A stretch of 64,000 nucleotides of DNA, from contig OX597818.1 in NCBI GenBank assembly GCA_951406725.2, positions 18,538,001 to 18,602,000 on the forward strand. The letters are read 5' to 3'. This DNA is from Octopus vulgaris (lineage: Eukaryota). A program made the translations under genes and the position numbers. The notes under the pieces are model-generated. The model made no database searches, was not told the DNA's origin, and worked only from the letters and a program-made list of their open reading frames with translations. Positions 28,630 through 43,570 of the stretch are shown here, piece by piece (within the stretch, counting starts at the first letter, position 1; the number at the start of each line of letters is the position of its first letter).

Positions 28630-29380
28630 AAAGACCTGGATGTGAAGCACTCAGTATACCAAAACAGGCCATATATGGGTATTTGTATCGAAATTGTCCC
28701 GAACACGTGAAGAAGAGAATGATATTGACATGAAGCGAAGCGTCTCTTAGACTCGTGACCGCTACATCACATCACAATTCGAAGGATACGCATTAGCAGT
28801 CCAAGAGAATAGATTGCTATTAAATATCTAATAAACGAAAGAGATAGTGATGCCCTTGGTGTCCCGAAATGCAACCAAAAACGTAGATTATGCCATATTT
28901 TTGAGGAAGGCATCACACATGTGATTAGCAGTAAGCTGAGAATGTTATCTATCTCCCTATGCGACACGACGTTATCGCAAAAATGACATAGAATGTCATT
29001 CATAAAAATATAGAATACCCCTGTTATTGAATGTGTACTCAAATACCAACACCAGGGATACTGGTAGAACATTCCCGTTAAAACATCTGTCAAGTAAAAA
29101 CATAACGAGCTAGATATTGTTGTTTGGGACAGACAAGAAAAAGTATGTACCGTCATAGAGATAACTGTCCTGCTGATATAAATATCTCTTTGAAAATCCA
29201 AGAAAACAAAGATAACTATGAACAACTGTTTCGAAACCTCGTCCTTCTATATCCAGATTACATATACCAATAATAATTGGTGCACATAGTTAAACTTGAA
29301 TTTTCAGAAAAATAAATGAACCAATTAACTCGTACATTATAAACACAATCTTTAAGTGGGACAGTAACAATATGTAAGAC
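28630..29380 (+). mobile_element. R4/Dong-type retrotransposon 3' fragment (CCHC region plus RLE), decayed
   Basis: TRDRYITSQFEGYA..., RHD, and *NIPVKTSVK*KHNELDIVVWDRQEKVCTVIEI; homologous to 30900-31070. Confidence 0.75.
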
Positions 29381-29814
29381 TTTCTCAGGTTTAAAATGTG
29401 ACATTGTTTTCGTTATCTACATTCCAAAGATGGAACTTTGCAACTTTGTTAGAAACAAACTCCAGCGAATAAAATTAAATGATTAAAAACACAAGACAAC
29501 CATACATACATACATACATACATACATACATACATACATACATACATACATACATACATGACTGATGGACTGGCAGTTAGAAAGAAGGGAGTTTGGGGAT
29601 GCGCCGAGAAACTTTTAATAACAAAACTCTACTGTCTGAAGTAAGAATACACCATAGAAGCCTTGCGACCCTATTCCCCACTCATGGTTGCTGAAATGTC
29701 TACATTTGGCAAAAGTCCTTGCTATCTCTAGTTGCTGACATTGAATGTTTCACAAAGATCTGGGCAACAGTTCTTACACTTACAATTGAGAGACGAAGGA
29801 TTGTCTCCAATTTT

Positions 29815-30080
29815 ATAAATTTTTGAAGGAAAATATTCCAAGATGATTCTCTTTCTGTAATTCTGTTCATTTTGACATTAAATATGTTATCATTCCTGCT
29901 ACAAAAATCAAACGGCTACATGCAACTGCTAATGGAACCCCCAATTTTTTGTGTGGATAATCTGCAGATTTTGCTAAAAATGTTATAAATTCTAGGAATA
30001 CATTTTGAACTGACACAGAAAAGGAATTTTTCCCAAAAGAAATGTTCATATGTTTTAACGTGGAAAATAAGTCCCTGGAG
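29815..30080 (-). mobile_element. Possible hAT transposase C-terminal dimerisation remnant
   Basis: YPHKKLGVPLAVACSRLIFVAGM...K*TELQKENHLGIFSFKNL* loosely resembles YP.LA.K.L.IP.SS..SER.FS.AG....KR..L..EN...L.FL..N. The flanks (29590-29730) resemble 32040-32220. Confidence 0.35.
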
Positions 30081-30129
30081 CCCCAAACCTATGTATAACC
30101 AGTCTCACTATCTCTCCTGTACCACACAA

Positions 30130-31130
30130 AATATGTCACAAATACCTAGGTAATGATGAAACCATAAACGAAGGTTCTGTGATTGAATATACAGTAAATC
30201 GAGAGTTTAAAAAAATATGGCAGTTGGAAATTCCGTCTTACAAGAAGACAATGTCCCACAATGCATTTGAAATGCTAGTACTGATTCCATAATTTGAGAT
30301 AAATGACTGGTTCGTAGAGGACATCCACTCCATAGACATTAAAACCCGTAAAATTCTAACATTAAATGGAAACTTGCACAGAAATTTTGATAAGAGGTAG
30401 AAGCTTGAGTTCAGCACGGACAGCCTTCGAATGTCGTACAAGGAAGTGCCGAAAAGTTCTTGGCTTTGGGGGAAAATACTGGAGGATCAGTTAATTATGA
30501 CTTTATTCAACATATTCCTATCTCAGATTCACACACTTATTACAGCGGTTCTTCAGTTTTTCTAAGCCCTATAAAAGAAGTCGGAAGGTTGACCCTCCAG
30601 CCAAGCCTTTTCGCGATATCCTTAAAGCCAGGAAATTTTCAGCACCCCTAGTAAAGTCTCTCTCAGACAGCATTTGATAAACAACAGTTAAATGCGTAAA
30701 GTTAGTGTTGAAAAGCGAAGAGAACAACATTCTACAACCTCAGAACAATGGGACTAACATATCTCGAAGAAAACCCGGATGCGAAACGCTAAGCAAACTA
30801 AAGAAAAAAAGATAATGCATGAATATGTTTCCCGAAGATTGAAGAAGACAGTAATATCAGTTTCAAATTTTGGCACGAGGCCAGAAGACAACAATATCGA
30901 TATGAAGAGCAGCCTCTCTTGGACTCGTGACCGTTACATCACATCACATTTTGAAGGGCATGCATTTAAAATTCAAGATCAGGAGATTGTTACTAAATAG
31001 CTAATAAACAAAAGAGACTGTGAAGCCCTTGGAACTGCAAGATGCAACGAAAAATATGTGAAAGAGAGATTCAAGTTGTTGAACTTCATTGTTAATGGCT
31101 GTTTCCGTTACATTCGAGGTATGAAAACCT
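30130..31130 (+). mobile_element. R4/Dong-type retrotransposon internal fragment (RT C-terminal part), interrupted by a MITE
   Basis: KYLG.DE, KIWQLEIPSYKKTMSHNAF...WFVEDIHSIDIKTRKILTLNGNLH, and WTRDRYITSHFEGHAFKIQDQEIVTK. Confidence 0.8.
30439..30651. mobile_element. mariner-derived MITE (~213 bp)
   Basis: TA flanks; TIRs caaggaagtgccgaaaagttcttggcttt and aaagccaggaaattttcagcacccctag. Confidence 0.85.
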
Positions 31131-31706
31131 CTTGACTGGAGACTGTGCAGACGCCCAATTGAATGAGTGTATATGTGTATACACCTATGTTTCTGTTTAT
31201 GGATGTATATGTACCGTAGTGATGATAGTGATAAAAAGTAACGAGGATATTGATAATTATGTTGATTATGATGACGATGGCGACTGTCTACATTTGTTCG
31301 ACGTTGACTATTCTCAGTGTAAATCTCGTTTATCCTTCCAAAGCCGTGTTATTCTCACTTAAGAGGCTGTGAAGGCGAGCAGGAGATTTGGAAGTCTAGT
31401 GGTAGACATGACAAATGTAAGTAGATATTTGAGATGATAGGTAGTTTGTAGGTTTCTTTGGAACATACACACACTTACACAAGTGTAGATACATAATGCG
31501 TGTGTGCTTGTGTGTATAAATATATATATATACATATGCATGTATGTATGTGTGTATGCATGTATGTCCATATGTATATATATACACACACACATGTATA
31601 TACATATGTAAATATATATATATATATATATACATACATATACATGCATACATATATATATGCATATCGACATATACATATATAAATATAGATATGTAAA
31701 TATATT

Positions 31707-31756
<50 letters not shown>

Positions 31757-33719
31757 TGTGTGTGTGTGTATGTATGTATATATATTCATACATGGATACA
31801 AATATACAAACATTTATATGCTTAGCTAAATATAAATAACTGTTTGCATACATCAGCATAGCGATAGCGTTGGCATACCTTGTTGCCAAGAATGAAAACA
31901 CCCACTTGGCAAAAATTTAGAAGCTCATTGCTTACTTAAATATTATATGTAAACTTTACTGAAGCTATTTAAATGTATTCCTCCAAGGCCACTGTGAGTC
32001 CAGCAATGTAGTTAATGTTGAAGCAGCACGTGGAAAGAGGGGTGGGTTTGGATATGCCGAGCAACTTATAATTAATTACATTATGTCTGAAATAATACTA
32101 AGCATTACAGAAACCTTGTTATAGAATGTTTTGACTACAGAAAACCTTTGACTCAATCTATTTATTTTCGTGGCTGCTGAAATTAAACATTTGGAAAACG
32201 TATCTGCTTCCTTAGAAAGATTTACAAAGACTGGGTCAACTATACTTTACCTGGTAACTGAAAGTTCAATTCGCTATCTCCCAAGACGAACTTTCCAAGG
32301 AAGGTGTGTGTCCAGGCTTCTATATATTTTGGCATCAAACCCACTATCGCTTCTTGTACAAAGAAATCATGTAGTTATACACAGGGTTCTTCAACTTCAA
32401 GTAATACCATTGTAGAACATAATCTCTTGATCGATGTTCTGAAGAATTACACAAGAAATATCTAATTCTGAGAAATAGCTGGAAGTAGTTAGATTTTAAT
32501 TATATTCGGGATTGAATTTACCCAAAATAAATATTCATACATGATAGATAATCATAGTAAAACTGCTTTTCTAAGTGAAAACACCCACATCAATTGCCTT
32601 TTTAACTGTTACTATGCAATACTCAGTGCTACAGTAAACTAGCATTGATTAAAATGTATCATACAAAGGAGATATTGTGACCATACAGAAACACAATGAG
32701 CCATTTTTTTATACCATGTTGCATTACATTTTTCTATGCCATACTGTAACACTGGATTTATCAGAAGGCAAGACAGATGTGAAGAAGGCAGATGCTCTGA
32801 TTGAGAATGCCGTGGCAACACTCATGATGTATCAGCTAAACATAAACAAGCCATCGACTTGGGGTCAAAAACAGTGTGTCAACATGTCGCTCGATCTGAA
32901 AGAAAATATCAGCCAAATCTCTCTCAAGTCACACCTTGACTGGCTTAAACGAGAAAATGATATATTAGATAACATGGTCCTGGATATCCTCACCAGAAGA
33001 AAATAAAATAAGGGGACGCTTATATCTAGAATGCCTTTTATTATAAGTCTAGTAGATCATGTCTGACTTGAGGCTAAGTGGCAACAACAACAACAACAAT
33101 AAAAATCAACAAAGCATCGGCCAAGTGTTCAAACGTGTATAATTTATGAGTCAGAAGTGGGCGGATCTTCTCCAACAAAGACTTTGAGGAGAAAAAATAT
33201 GCCTACTATCAAATAGTTATGCATTGATATTTCGAATGTAATTATAAAAACAATGCTAACATTGAGTGAGGTCTCTAATTTCCCATGGAAACATACTCTC
33301 CTCCTATATGTAAGTATATTTTCGAAGTTATTATTTCTGAATTCAAGACATAACTACAAAACACCAAATGAACAAAAAATAATTGAAGACCATTTTAACA
33401 GAGAAGATTACAAATGGAAATGTCATTTATATCACATTTTAATGTTTATTTCTATCTATAGGTATCAAGATTTCAAAATTTGGGCGAAATTAGTCGATGA
33501 TATTGACACAAATACATGACTGGTTATTTTTTGAACCCTGGAAAGATAGGCGGCAAACTTTTGAATTGATATCATAAAGAGTTCTAGGAAAGTACTGAGA
33601 TGTATGCCAGAACGGTACAACAATTTTATCAAACACTGACATATTCCACACGCATCTCCTGTATATATGTAATCTACCCCACAAAATCAGATTTAAGTTG
33701 AATTAGCAAATGCAAAATT

Positions 33720-34640
33720 GACCAAATTATACCTCTGTCTAGGATCCAGGTTAAGCTTCCACTTAGAAATTCTAACAGCCATGGCATCACTTGTTTCCTC
33801 TCACTTTCTTATTAGTCATATACCCACTGCTTTCAGTTCGACATTTCGAACATTAATTCTGTTAAATTAAGGTCCCAAACTTTGCAAGTGAATGCAAACA
33901 TATCTCCCGATATGACATCAACATAATCCTGGCGGCTAGAAAAGCATTTCTATATTCGAATAGTAATTACTGATCTCGTAATTCGTTTGTAGGTTTATTT
34001 GATATAACAATGGGCTCATCCGACTCCTCCCAGGTTACTGACCTGGCAAACCTATTCCTTCTTTTGCAGATTAACCAAAACTTCTTAAATCTTTCCGGAT
34101 GTCTGTATAGGGATGATGCACACCTTACAGTCACTGGTTTATATCTACCATCCCATCCGTTGAACTCATCGGGAAAGCCCGCCATTGATTCTTTAAAAGT
34201 AATGACCTTTGAAAATAATACCCAAAAGCTAACTTCTTAGATGTCACTCTCGACTTAGATGCAAACTTATATTACACTTTCCATAAACCTAACGACTCAC
34301 TACAATATATAAAAGTCCTATTCAATCACTCCCCACTTAGACTTAGCAACTTCGTCACTGGTTGCTCTATTAGAATTTCTTACTTATCAGCAAATAATGC
34401 CCCGTACTATAACAAAGCTCTCCAGATCAGCGGTTTGTGTGAGATCTTCTATATCCCCAACACTAAGCTAAAAGCTAAATTCGTACTTCACATTTCCAAT
34501 ACTGATCCTAGCATTATCAGGACTACTTCTACCCATCCACACTCTATCAACCCACAACTAAACCCCACAGCGCACTGTACCCGGTCACCACCTCGGATCT
34601 CGAAAGTTTAATAACTTCTACCCCTCATCCCACCGCGTTC
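33720..34640 (+). mobile_element. Penelope-like element reverse transcriptase fragment, decayed
   Basis: IILAARKAFLY, LFDITMGSSDSSQVTDL, GCLYRDDA (YRDD catalytic motif) and FLDVTLDL...YYTFHKPNDSLQYI...NH.P, characteristic of PLE RT and thumb. Confidence 0.85.
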
Positions 34641-35624
34641 TAAGCCTTTCACAAAATGTGAGAATTTTACGAAACGTGTCCCTTTTCATATGAATGTCAT
34701 TTATATGCAATGTCATTAGAAATGGAGTAGTACCGAAACAATTCTTACTATTAATGAAGATCTACTAAATTTATTCTGCCCCTTGTTCTCTTCTTGATTT
34801 AATTATATATATATATATATATATATTCCAGCTTTTATTATAAATAGAGGCATCCTGGGTTTCCTGCTCGAAATAATAATCTATTCCGCCATTTATCAAA
34901 CTGAAAACAAGACCGTTGTTAGTTGTCGTTTGAGCATATAAGGTTTAAACGAGAGACGCAGGTAAAGAAGAAAAGAAGGAAACACAAGGGAGACAACCAA
35001 CACTACAATAATTCAATGTCAAACCCGCTCAAACCAGATGTTAATGGTTTACTAAGTGTCCGGTGGTCTACTTTCAAAATTCCGACAAGATATATCTCTT
35101 CAAATGAGGACACGCAGAAAAACCCTGTTCCTCGAATCTATGTATTCGTTGGAGGATGTCAAAATTTTAAAGGATACAGTTTTTCAAGAGAATACTCTGA
35201 ACATATTTTTGGAAACCTTAATATAGGCTCTGGATTCAGAGGGGATTTTCCATTTGATGTTGAAACTTATGCCTTCGTCTTTAAGTATCTGGATTAAAGC
35301 CGAAAAGGTTGTTCAACGTCACTTATCACAGTACTTAAAATTTGAAAGACGGTTGTTATATATAAATTTAAATTTCCTCCCACGGCTTCAGTGTATCTTA
35401 TGTATCTTCGTGTAAGTTTTCTCCTTATGTTTCTCTTTCAGCACTTGACAATTGGTGTTAGCTTGTTTAAATCACTGCTTGTAACTAACCAGTTTGGCAA
35501 AAGAGACAGAGTATCGATCACACTTAAAACAAGCATTGGGATAGATTTGGGTGATTGAACCTTTCAGAAGGATTCTACGGTATAGCGACATTTCAAAGAT
35601 CGAAATGAACAAATGAGTCAAAGA

Positions 35625-35890
<266 letters not shown>

Positions 35891-36289
35891 ATGTTAGGGA
35901 AAAAATCCAAACTTACAGGGGAAAATTAGATTTAGGATTAAATCCAATTTTATAGTATAAATATATTATATCATATTATATTAAATTAGAGATAAAACCA
36001 CTATTAGGCAAATCAAACAGTGAAAAACATAAGCCAATACATAAAATTAATTTAAAAATATAAAAGTTAAAAATAAAAATTATTTAAATAATTTAAACTT
36101 AATAAATTTTATATATATATACAAATAATATATATATATATGTATGTATGTATATTTTTATATTTATATATTATTTTATTAGTTAATTAATGAATGAATG
36201 AATGAATGAATGAATGAATTAATTTATTTATTTTAAGTATCAAAAGTATTAAAAGTTTAATAAAAGATAAAGAGTAATATAGTTAATCA

Positions 36290-36480
36290 AAACATGAAAA
36301 CACAACAACGCGAGGACTTGGAACAAATATAGTATTATTGGACGCTCAGGAAGGAAGGGAAAAAGGAGGGTTTAACGTTTCGAGCAGAGCTCTTCGTCAG
36401 AAACATAGGAAAAGGAAAGATCCAGAGAAGGGAAGACGGAGGAAAAAAAATCGCCAACGGTACACACGCGGTCACATTTT
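36290..36480 (-). mobile_element. Short dispersed element (second copy at 40490-40670) containing a minimal hammerhead motif at 36370-36404
   Basis: Two near-identical copies. Minus strand reads GUUU-CUGACGA-A-GAGC-UCU-GCUC-GAAA-CG-UU-AAAC. Confidence 0.75.
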
Positions 36481-36490
36481 GAATATATGT

Positions 36491-36530
<40 letters not shown>

Positions 36531-36532
36531 GC

Positions 36533-36625
36533 AAAAGTAGTTTTAGAGACAGAACCACCTTCAACTCAATCAACACTTTTAGTGTTGATTAAGTTGAAGG
36601 TGGTTCTGTCTCTAAAACTACTTTT
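36533..36625. repeat. Near-perfect inverted repeat, 45-bp arms, 3-nt loop
   Basis: aaaagtagttttagagacagaaccaccttcaactcaatcaacact-ttt-agtgttgattaagttgaaggtggttctgtctctaaaactactttt; one mismatch. Confidence 0.95.
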
Positions 36626-36746
36626 ATATATACGAATTTAAAATTGAATTGAGAGACGTTCATTTTACTACATCTAATTTGAATGTCTTTTTCCTGTGTA
36701 CACGGAAGTAATATTCCCTAATAATAATAATAATAATAATTATAAT

Positions 36747-36797
<51 letters not shown>

Positions 36798-37372
36798 CGT
36801 ATGACGAATAGATATACAAATATATGGCGATCTGACGAGATATGACTTTCCCAGAATGTAACTGTCAGTCGAATCCAGCTTTTGTATCAGTCAGTCTCTA
36901 AAATTTAATTAGTATTCTACCTTTTGGTATGAAGTCCTGTATATTTTGTTAGCTGCTAACACCAAAACACATACACACACACATATACGCGCGCACAGGC
37001 ACACACAATTACACACACACACACACGCCCGCACATACGCACGCGCCCACACACATGTATATATATATATGTATGCATATTATATAGCTTTTGTCTTTTT
37101 TCACTTCTCTTCAGTTAACCTAATAGATCTAACAGCCATGCATACAAACTTAGTTCTGCATCATTCTACAAATAACTGATTATTTTTCTCTCTCCTTCTC
37201 TCTCCTTCTCTCTCTTTCACTCACTCATTCACTCACTCTATTTCACTCCCTCCCTCTTTCACTGATTTTCATTCTGTTTGCTGTTATGTCCCTCTGTCGT
37301 ATTTCACATCACACTCTCCTGATTATGATATCTATCATCATGGCTTCATTATTATGTATGTATGCATAAACA

Positions 37373-37461
<89 letters not shown>

Positions 37462-38667
37462 CTATACATACACTCACGCACACACATACACACACATATA
37501 CATATATAGTTGTATATATAAGTATTAATATATAAATACTTATACTTCTATGCTCATATATGTGTGTGTGCACACACACATACATACCGGATGTTTGCAT
37601 AATACGTGTACGTGTCTAAAGTAATATAGTATGCGAAAAAAGTCGATGAAGACTCTAGAGCGTCGCCTGTTGTTTCATAAGAGATAACCATTGGTCTATT
37701 ACGTAACTTTGGAGACCGATCGGAATCAGAGGTGGATTTGGGGGAATATGGTGGAGCAGAAAGAGTACGAAAGTAAAAGACACAGACAAAGAGCGATTAT
37801 GAAATCGATAGGCAGATAGATAGATTGAAAGAAAGAGAAAGCGAGAGATAGAGAGGTGGGGGAGAGTCACAGCGAGTAAATGATACAGAGGGGGAGAGGT
37901 GAAAAGAACATGAGACGGACACATAAACAGTGGAACAGAGAAATATATCAGCAGAATAACAGAATAAAACAGAACGCGCATTGGGAAAGAATAGCAAGAA
38001 CAGGAGAGAAAAGGAGAATCACATATTTATGTATATATGTATCCCATGCAGTACATATATAAACAGGGCAAATTTAGGTAAGGTACTACTCCATACATTG
38101 AATAAAATGACAGCCTTAATCGATTTTCGATCTTTATTGGTGTTTCGTCTGAGGTGTCTATATCACTTGACCAGTCTCAGAGAAACATGTAACCAATTTA
38201 TTGGCTACACAATAAATCCAGTAGCTCCAGAGAAAGGAAGGCTAATAATCTTCATACTAGATGTATTTGATATTTTATTCAATATCAACAGTCTGTCGAT
38301 GGGGATCTTATCTCACACAGTAACGAAGCAAAATATGATATATGTGACCTCATGTACAGTGAACTTGCCGTAGGCAGTGAATAATCTAACGTTTTAGAAA
38401 GGGTTTTTCTTCAAGGAAATGTGGATACATACGTACAAACATTCATGCACACGCACACACACATAATTTCAACTACCCTTTTTAGCATGTAAGGTGTCCT
38501 CTTTCGTGTATAAATACGTAAATTGTTTATACACTATTATATATCACAATATGTTGTCTATTGATTTTATAACGCATCCTAGCCATCGGTATGAAAATTT
38601 TCCCAAAGTTTATTTCCTTATTATTTTCACAGTATATGTCTCTATCTATATGTATGTATGCACATAC

Positions 38668-38739
<72 letters not shown>

Positions 38740-39110
38740 TTTAATGTGCACAGCGTATAGTTATGAGCAACTAATAATTTCATACATTGGAAATGTTTTC
38801 TAGGCAGGCTTTTAATAACACGGCTAATGTTTCCAAGTGAATGGCCTATACAAGTTACAAAGTTCTTTATATATAATACAGCTTTTATATATTTCATTAT
38901 AAACTGAAGTTTATGCTTCTTGAATCCTGAATTATTTCTCGGTTTCATTTGATGAAACACAAATATAATAATAATATTGACAGAGCATAAATAGCATCGC
39001 GAACGACGAAAAATTAAGTTAGATTCCCCCCATCAACTGGTACAGGAGAACCAGACCTGTTTCTCCTGTGACAGACTCCATCTTGCCAGTTGTAGCTGAG
39101 GCAACTGACA

Positions 39111-40062
39111 CTACAAATTAAAATAATTTCGAAGCAAATTAAATTACACTCTAAACAATTTAAAATAAAAACGGACCAAACTGAAATAAAATCAAATAAA
39201 ATTAATATAAATTCGAAGCATATTAAAATAAACTCCAACCAAATTAAATTAAACAGAATAAACTGAGATAATCTCGGAGCTAATTAAATATTTTTTTCTT
39301 ATTAATTAATGGTCTCGACCGTATTACCAACGCCTTAATCTATGGAATAATAAATTGCAGATTAATTTTGTCTGGCAACATTTATTGAACTAGTCTCAAA
39401 ACGTGAATTTATGTGAGTCCCCTTTTTGTGGGATAGAGGGCAAAATTAATTTTGTTATATATGCGTTTACTTCAGTGAAGTCATACGTCCATCAGATTGT
39501 CATGCTATTATCTATTGGAATGTAATCATTTCATAAGGTGAATGTAAGCATTTCTACAAATTTGTCAATGCTAGTTATGCATATTCGGCATTCAACATAT
39601 TCATGTTCAATCTTCTGGGTGTCTGTTACGGATACCTCCACAGCGTATATATGATGCACAATTTCTATGTAGCTAATATTAAGCTGTTTTCTTGAACATC
39701 ATTTGCAGTAACAATAGATTCTCAATCTGCTCGTTCAACGTCTACAGTACACAAATACTTGGTTTCAAGTGGAGACGTCTTCTAATACTGCATCTGCTTT
39801 GAAACTGGTTTTCATCATGCATAAGTAAATGCACATAAATTTTAGACTTTAGTCAAATTATGAAATGAATTCAGAAGTTTCAGATTTAAAACATATCAAC
39901 GAACCTCATGCAATTAGAAATAGTCAAATGCTGGACTATATTTTATCATTTGATCCAACATTATTTTAAATTGCTTCGACTGTAACTTAATTTGCTTTGA
40001 GTTTAGTTAAATTTTTTTCCAGAATTAAAAAAAAAATACTTCGATTTTATTTAAATTTATAC
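39111..40062. mobile_element. Foldback/MULE-like element, copy 1 (inverted arms built of degenerate ~21-bp CAAATTAAAATAATYTCGAAG units)
   Basis: Left end ctacaaattaaaataatttcgaag, right end cttcgattttatttaaatttatac. Interior homologous by eye, in opposite orientation, to 47220-48070. Confidence 0.55.
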
Positions 40063-40294
40063 ATGAGAAACATACAGAGGTTAATACGCGATTAATTTTT
40101 GAATAGGTGCGAAACTTTTTGGAAGTAGCAATTAAATCCCCTGCAAATCGCACCTTAACTGTCATTTAAAATAGAAGCAATGGATAGGGTAAATCTGGAA
40201 ATGCATAAAAAATACGAGATACCATTGATAAAAGCCAACTAGGTTCAAACATCGATATCGACACTGAACTGTGTTTTCGAACATTTTTACCATA

Positions 40295-40940
<646 letters not shown>

Positions 40941-41059
40941 ATAGAAATATTTTCCCTGTGATAACTGCAGTGAATTTGTATATTAGCAGTTGAAATATGT
41001 CACAAGCATAATTTAACTAACCTAAACTTTGCATATATATATATATATATATATACATA

Positions 41060-41230
41060 CACACATTTTCTTCTCTCCCTGTTTCTCTCCTTGTTTTTTC
41101 TCTGTCCCTTTCTGTAGAAGAGCGTAGGCTCGAAACGTAAAAGACTGTTTCTGTTCCTGAGCGTTATACTAATAAATCTGTTTGTTTTGTACACCATCAG
41201 TCTTCGTCTTTTGCTCTTTTCGTAAACTTT

Positions 41231-41235
<5 letters not shown>
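41060..41235 (+). mobile_element. Short element between (TA)n tracts with a hammerhead-like motif at 41108-41143
   Basis: CUUU-CUGUAGA-A-GAGC-GUAG-GCUC-GAAA-CG-UA-AAAG; same geometry as 36370-36404 but with A6 replaced by U. Confidence 0.55.
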
Positions 41236-41282
<47 letters not shown>

Positions 41283-42704
41283 ATAAACCCTTTTTTTATA
41301 TATACACACACAGACGCGAGCGCGCGCACACACATATGTATATATATATATCGGTCGTTTGTAAAAAAATATAAATCCAATAGAAGAGGAACACTCTAAG
41401 ATGTAGAGCACTATATATTAAAAATAGGAAGGGCCCTAAGACCCCAAGAAAATTGTTCTTAAGAAATTTCAGCAAACGCCAGAACATAAGGCGAGCAAGA
41501 CAAAAGAAAAGATACAAAATTTGGTGATAATCCACATACCAAGTTTTCGTTGTAATCACTTACGTTACGTAAATACCCACAGCTCATCAGTGTGACCGTC
41601 AGGAAAATATATAATCCACAGAACTAAGCACGAGCGTCCTCTCAAGAGAGGGCATGCATAAAATTCTATCAAATATATTTGGAGGTATATTTTAAATGTC
41701 TTCGTTTTGGTGCGCCGAAGCCGAAAAGGACTCTGCAGTTAATAATTTTCTGCAGCGAATTTACCGGTTAGAGAACATGGTTATTTAAAAATTAAACGAT
41801 TAGGGTAGAAATTACTATTAATCAAATTAATTAAATTAGTATCAATTTAAAGCAGTATATATAAAGAAGAATGACTACCAGGTGGATTCGTAATATACTA
41901 TATGTATATATATGCATACCCTTGTATGCATAAGTATATATTAAAGCATTAAACTAATTTTTACATTTGTATGCTCCTTTAGCATGTTCTGGGAAGGTTA
42001 TACATTTGTAGATAGCACTAGTTTTCAATGCTGTGAACAATCTCGATTAAATAAACAGCAATATGTATTCAGATACGTTTTGGCTTGCGAATTAAGAAGA
42101 AGCCTTTTCGCTTATCTCCCTCTCGATCTTTCCCTCTCTCCTTCCCGGTATACATACATACATAAGAACGAACTTAGACATAAAACAGTAGTTAACTGAA
42201 TATCTAACTTCTCAGTATGGATTCTCCTTCACTCTTAACATTTAATCGATGAACGAAAGAAAGACTAACATAAATTTTACACATAAACAAAATTGCAGAC
42301 GTCAGTCTTGAATTTGTTTTGGCCTATGTCTACATATGTATGCATACCGAGTGTACATGTATATGTCTGTGTATGTATCATTGCAGTTCGTTGTTATTGT
42401 CACTGTTGTAGTATGCTGGGTGTTATGTTGTTTCACTTGTTACAATATAAATGTTGTTGATTAATCCAAGTTCAGATCTGATCCAGAAGACTTGTGTTTG
42501 AAAGTATTCCTGTTGTGACTCTCGCGTTTAATACCTCTCTATAAAACGACCTTTCTGACTTCAGCATGTAACGTGTCTTGTTATTCTTCTCTTTGTTTTT
42601 TCCGTTGGTATTGCTAGTGTTGTTGTTATTGTTATTATTGTTTTGCTGCTGGTGCTTTACTGCTTTCGCTATCGATACAATATTATTTTTGAGTATAAAG
42701 AAGG

Positions 42705-43570
42705 TGGCGGGCTGGCAGAATCGTTTGCCCGTCATGAAAAGTGCTTAGCGACATTTCACCTGCCTACACGTTCCGCCGTGGTCGAATTTGCCTTTCATCC
42801 TTTCAAGGTCGATAAAATAAGTACCAGTCGACTACTGGGGTCGATGTAAATGACTAACTTCCTCCGCCAAAATTTCAGGCATTGTGTCTATCATAGAATG
42901 GATTGTTTTCAGTATAAAGACAGTTAAATGTGGCGAGTTGGGAGAATCGTTAGCGCGCTAGACAAAATGGTTAGGGTTATTTCTTCGGCTTTACGTTTTG
43001 TGTTCCAATTCCGCCAGTATCGATTTTATCTTTTATGCTTGATGAAATAAATATTAGTCGAACACTGGGGTGGGGGTGTCAATGTAATCGACTAGCACTA
43101 CCTGCAAAATTTTCAGGTCTTGCACCTATAATAAAAAGTATTTTAAGGGTGGAAAATTAGCAGATTCCTTAGAGTATCGAAGAAAAGTACTTTCCGCTAA
43201 TTCTTTCGGTTCTCTACATGCTGATTCGAAGCCTCATAGAGATAAACTTCACCTTTCGTCATTCCAGGGCTGATAACAGGAAGTAACAATCAAGTACTAG
43301 GGTGAAGGTATTTGACTTATTCTCTCCCTTTAAATTCCTAGTCATGTGCATATGCTAGATAAAATTTATGGCTGTTAGAAAATAGTGAGAACATCAGCCA
43401 AAATACCGTGCAGTATTTAGTTTCTGTTCTTTACTTTCTGAGTTCGAATCCTGCGTGGCCAACTTTGCCTTTCATCGTTCTGCAACTGATAAATTAAAAT
43501 AGCAGCCATTCTGGTGTGGAGACAAATCTCTCCACACCAGAATCCTTTGACCTTGTGGCTATATTAGAAA
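42705..43570 (+). mobile_element. Tandem cluster of four decayed SINE family 1 copies
   Basis: Heads near 42705, 42930, 43150 and 43370, with tails ...cttgtgcctata/tagaa. Confidence 0.75.

Noticed and set aside
32170-33050. ORFs 32170-32415 and 32677-33006
   Set aside because: No recognisable domain or splice structure; probably decayed DNA-transposon sequence (partial similarity to 29590-29730).
39014-39110. Apparent minus-strand terminal exon VSCLSYNWQDGVCHRR...
   Set aside because: The plus strand is homologous to the hAT fragment at 48225-48320, and the acceptor-like sequence is the end of the Foldback-like arm.
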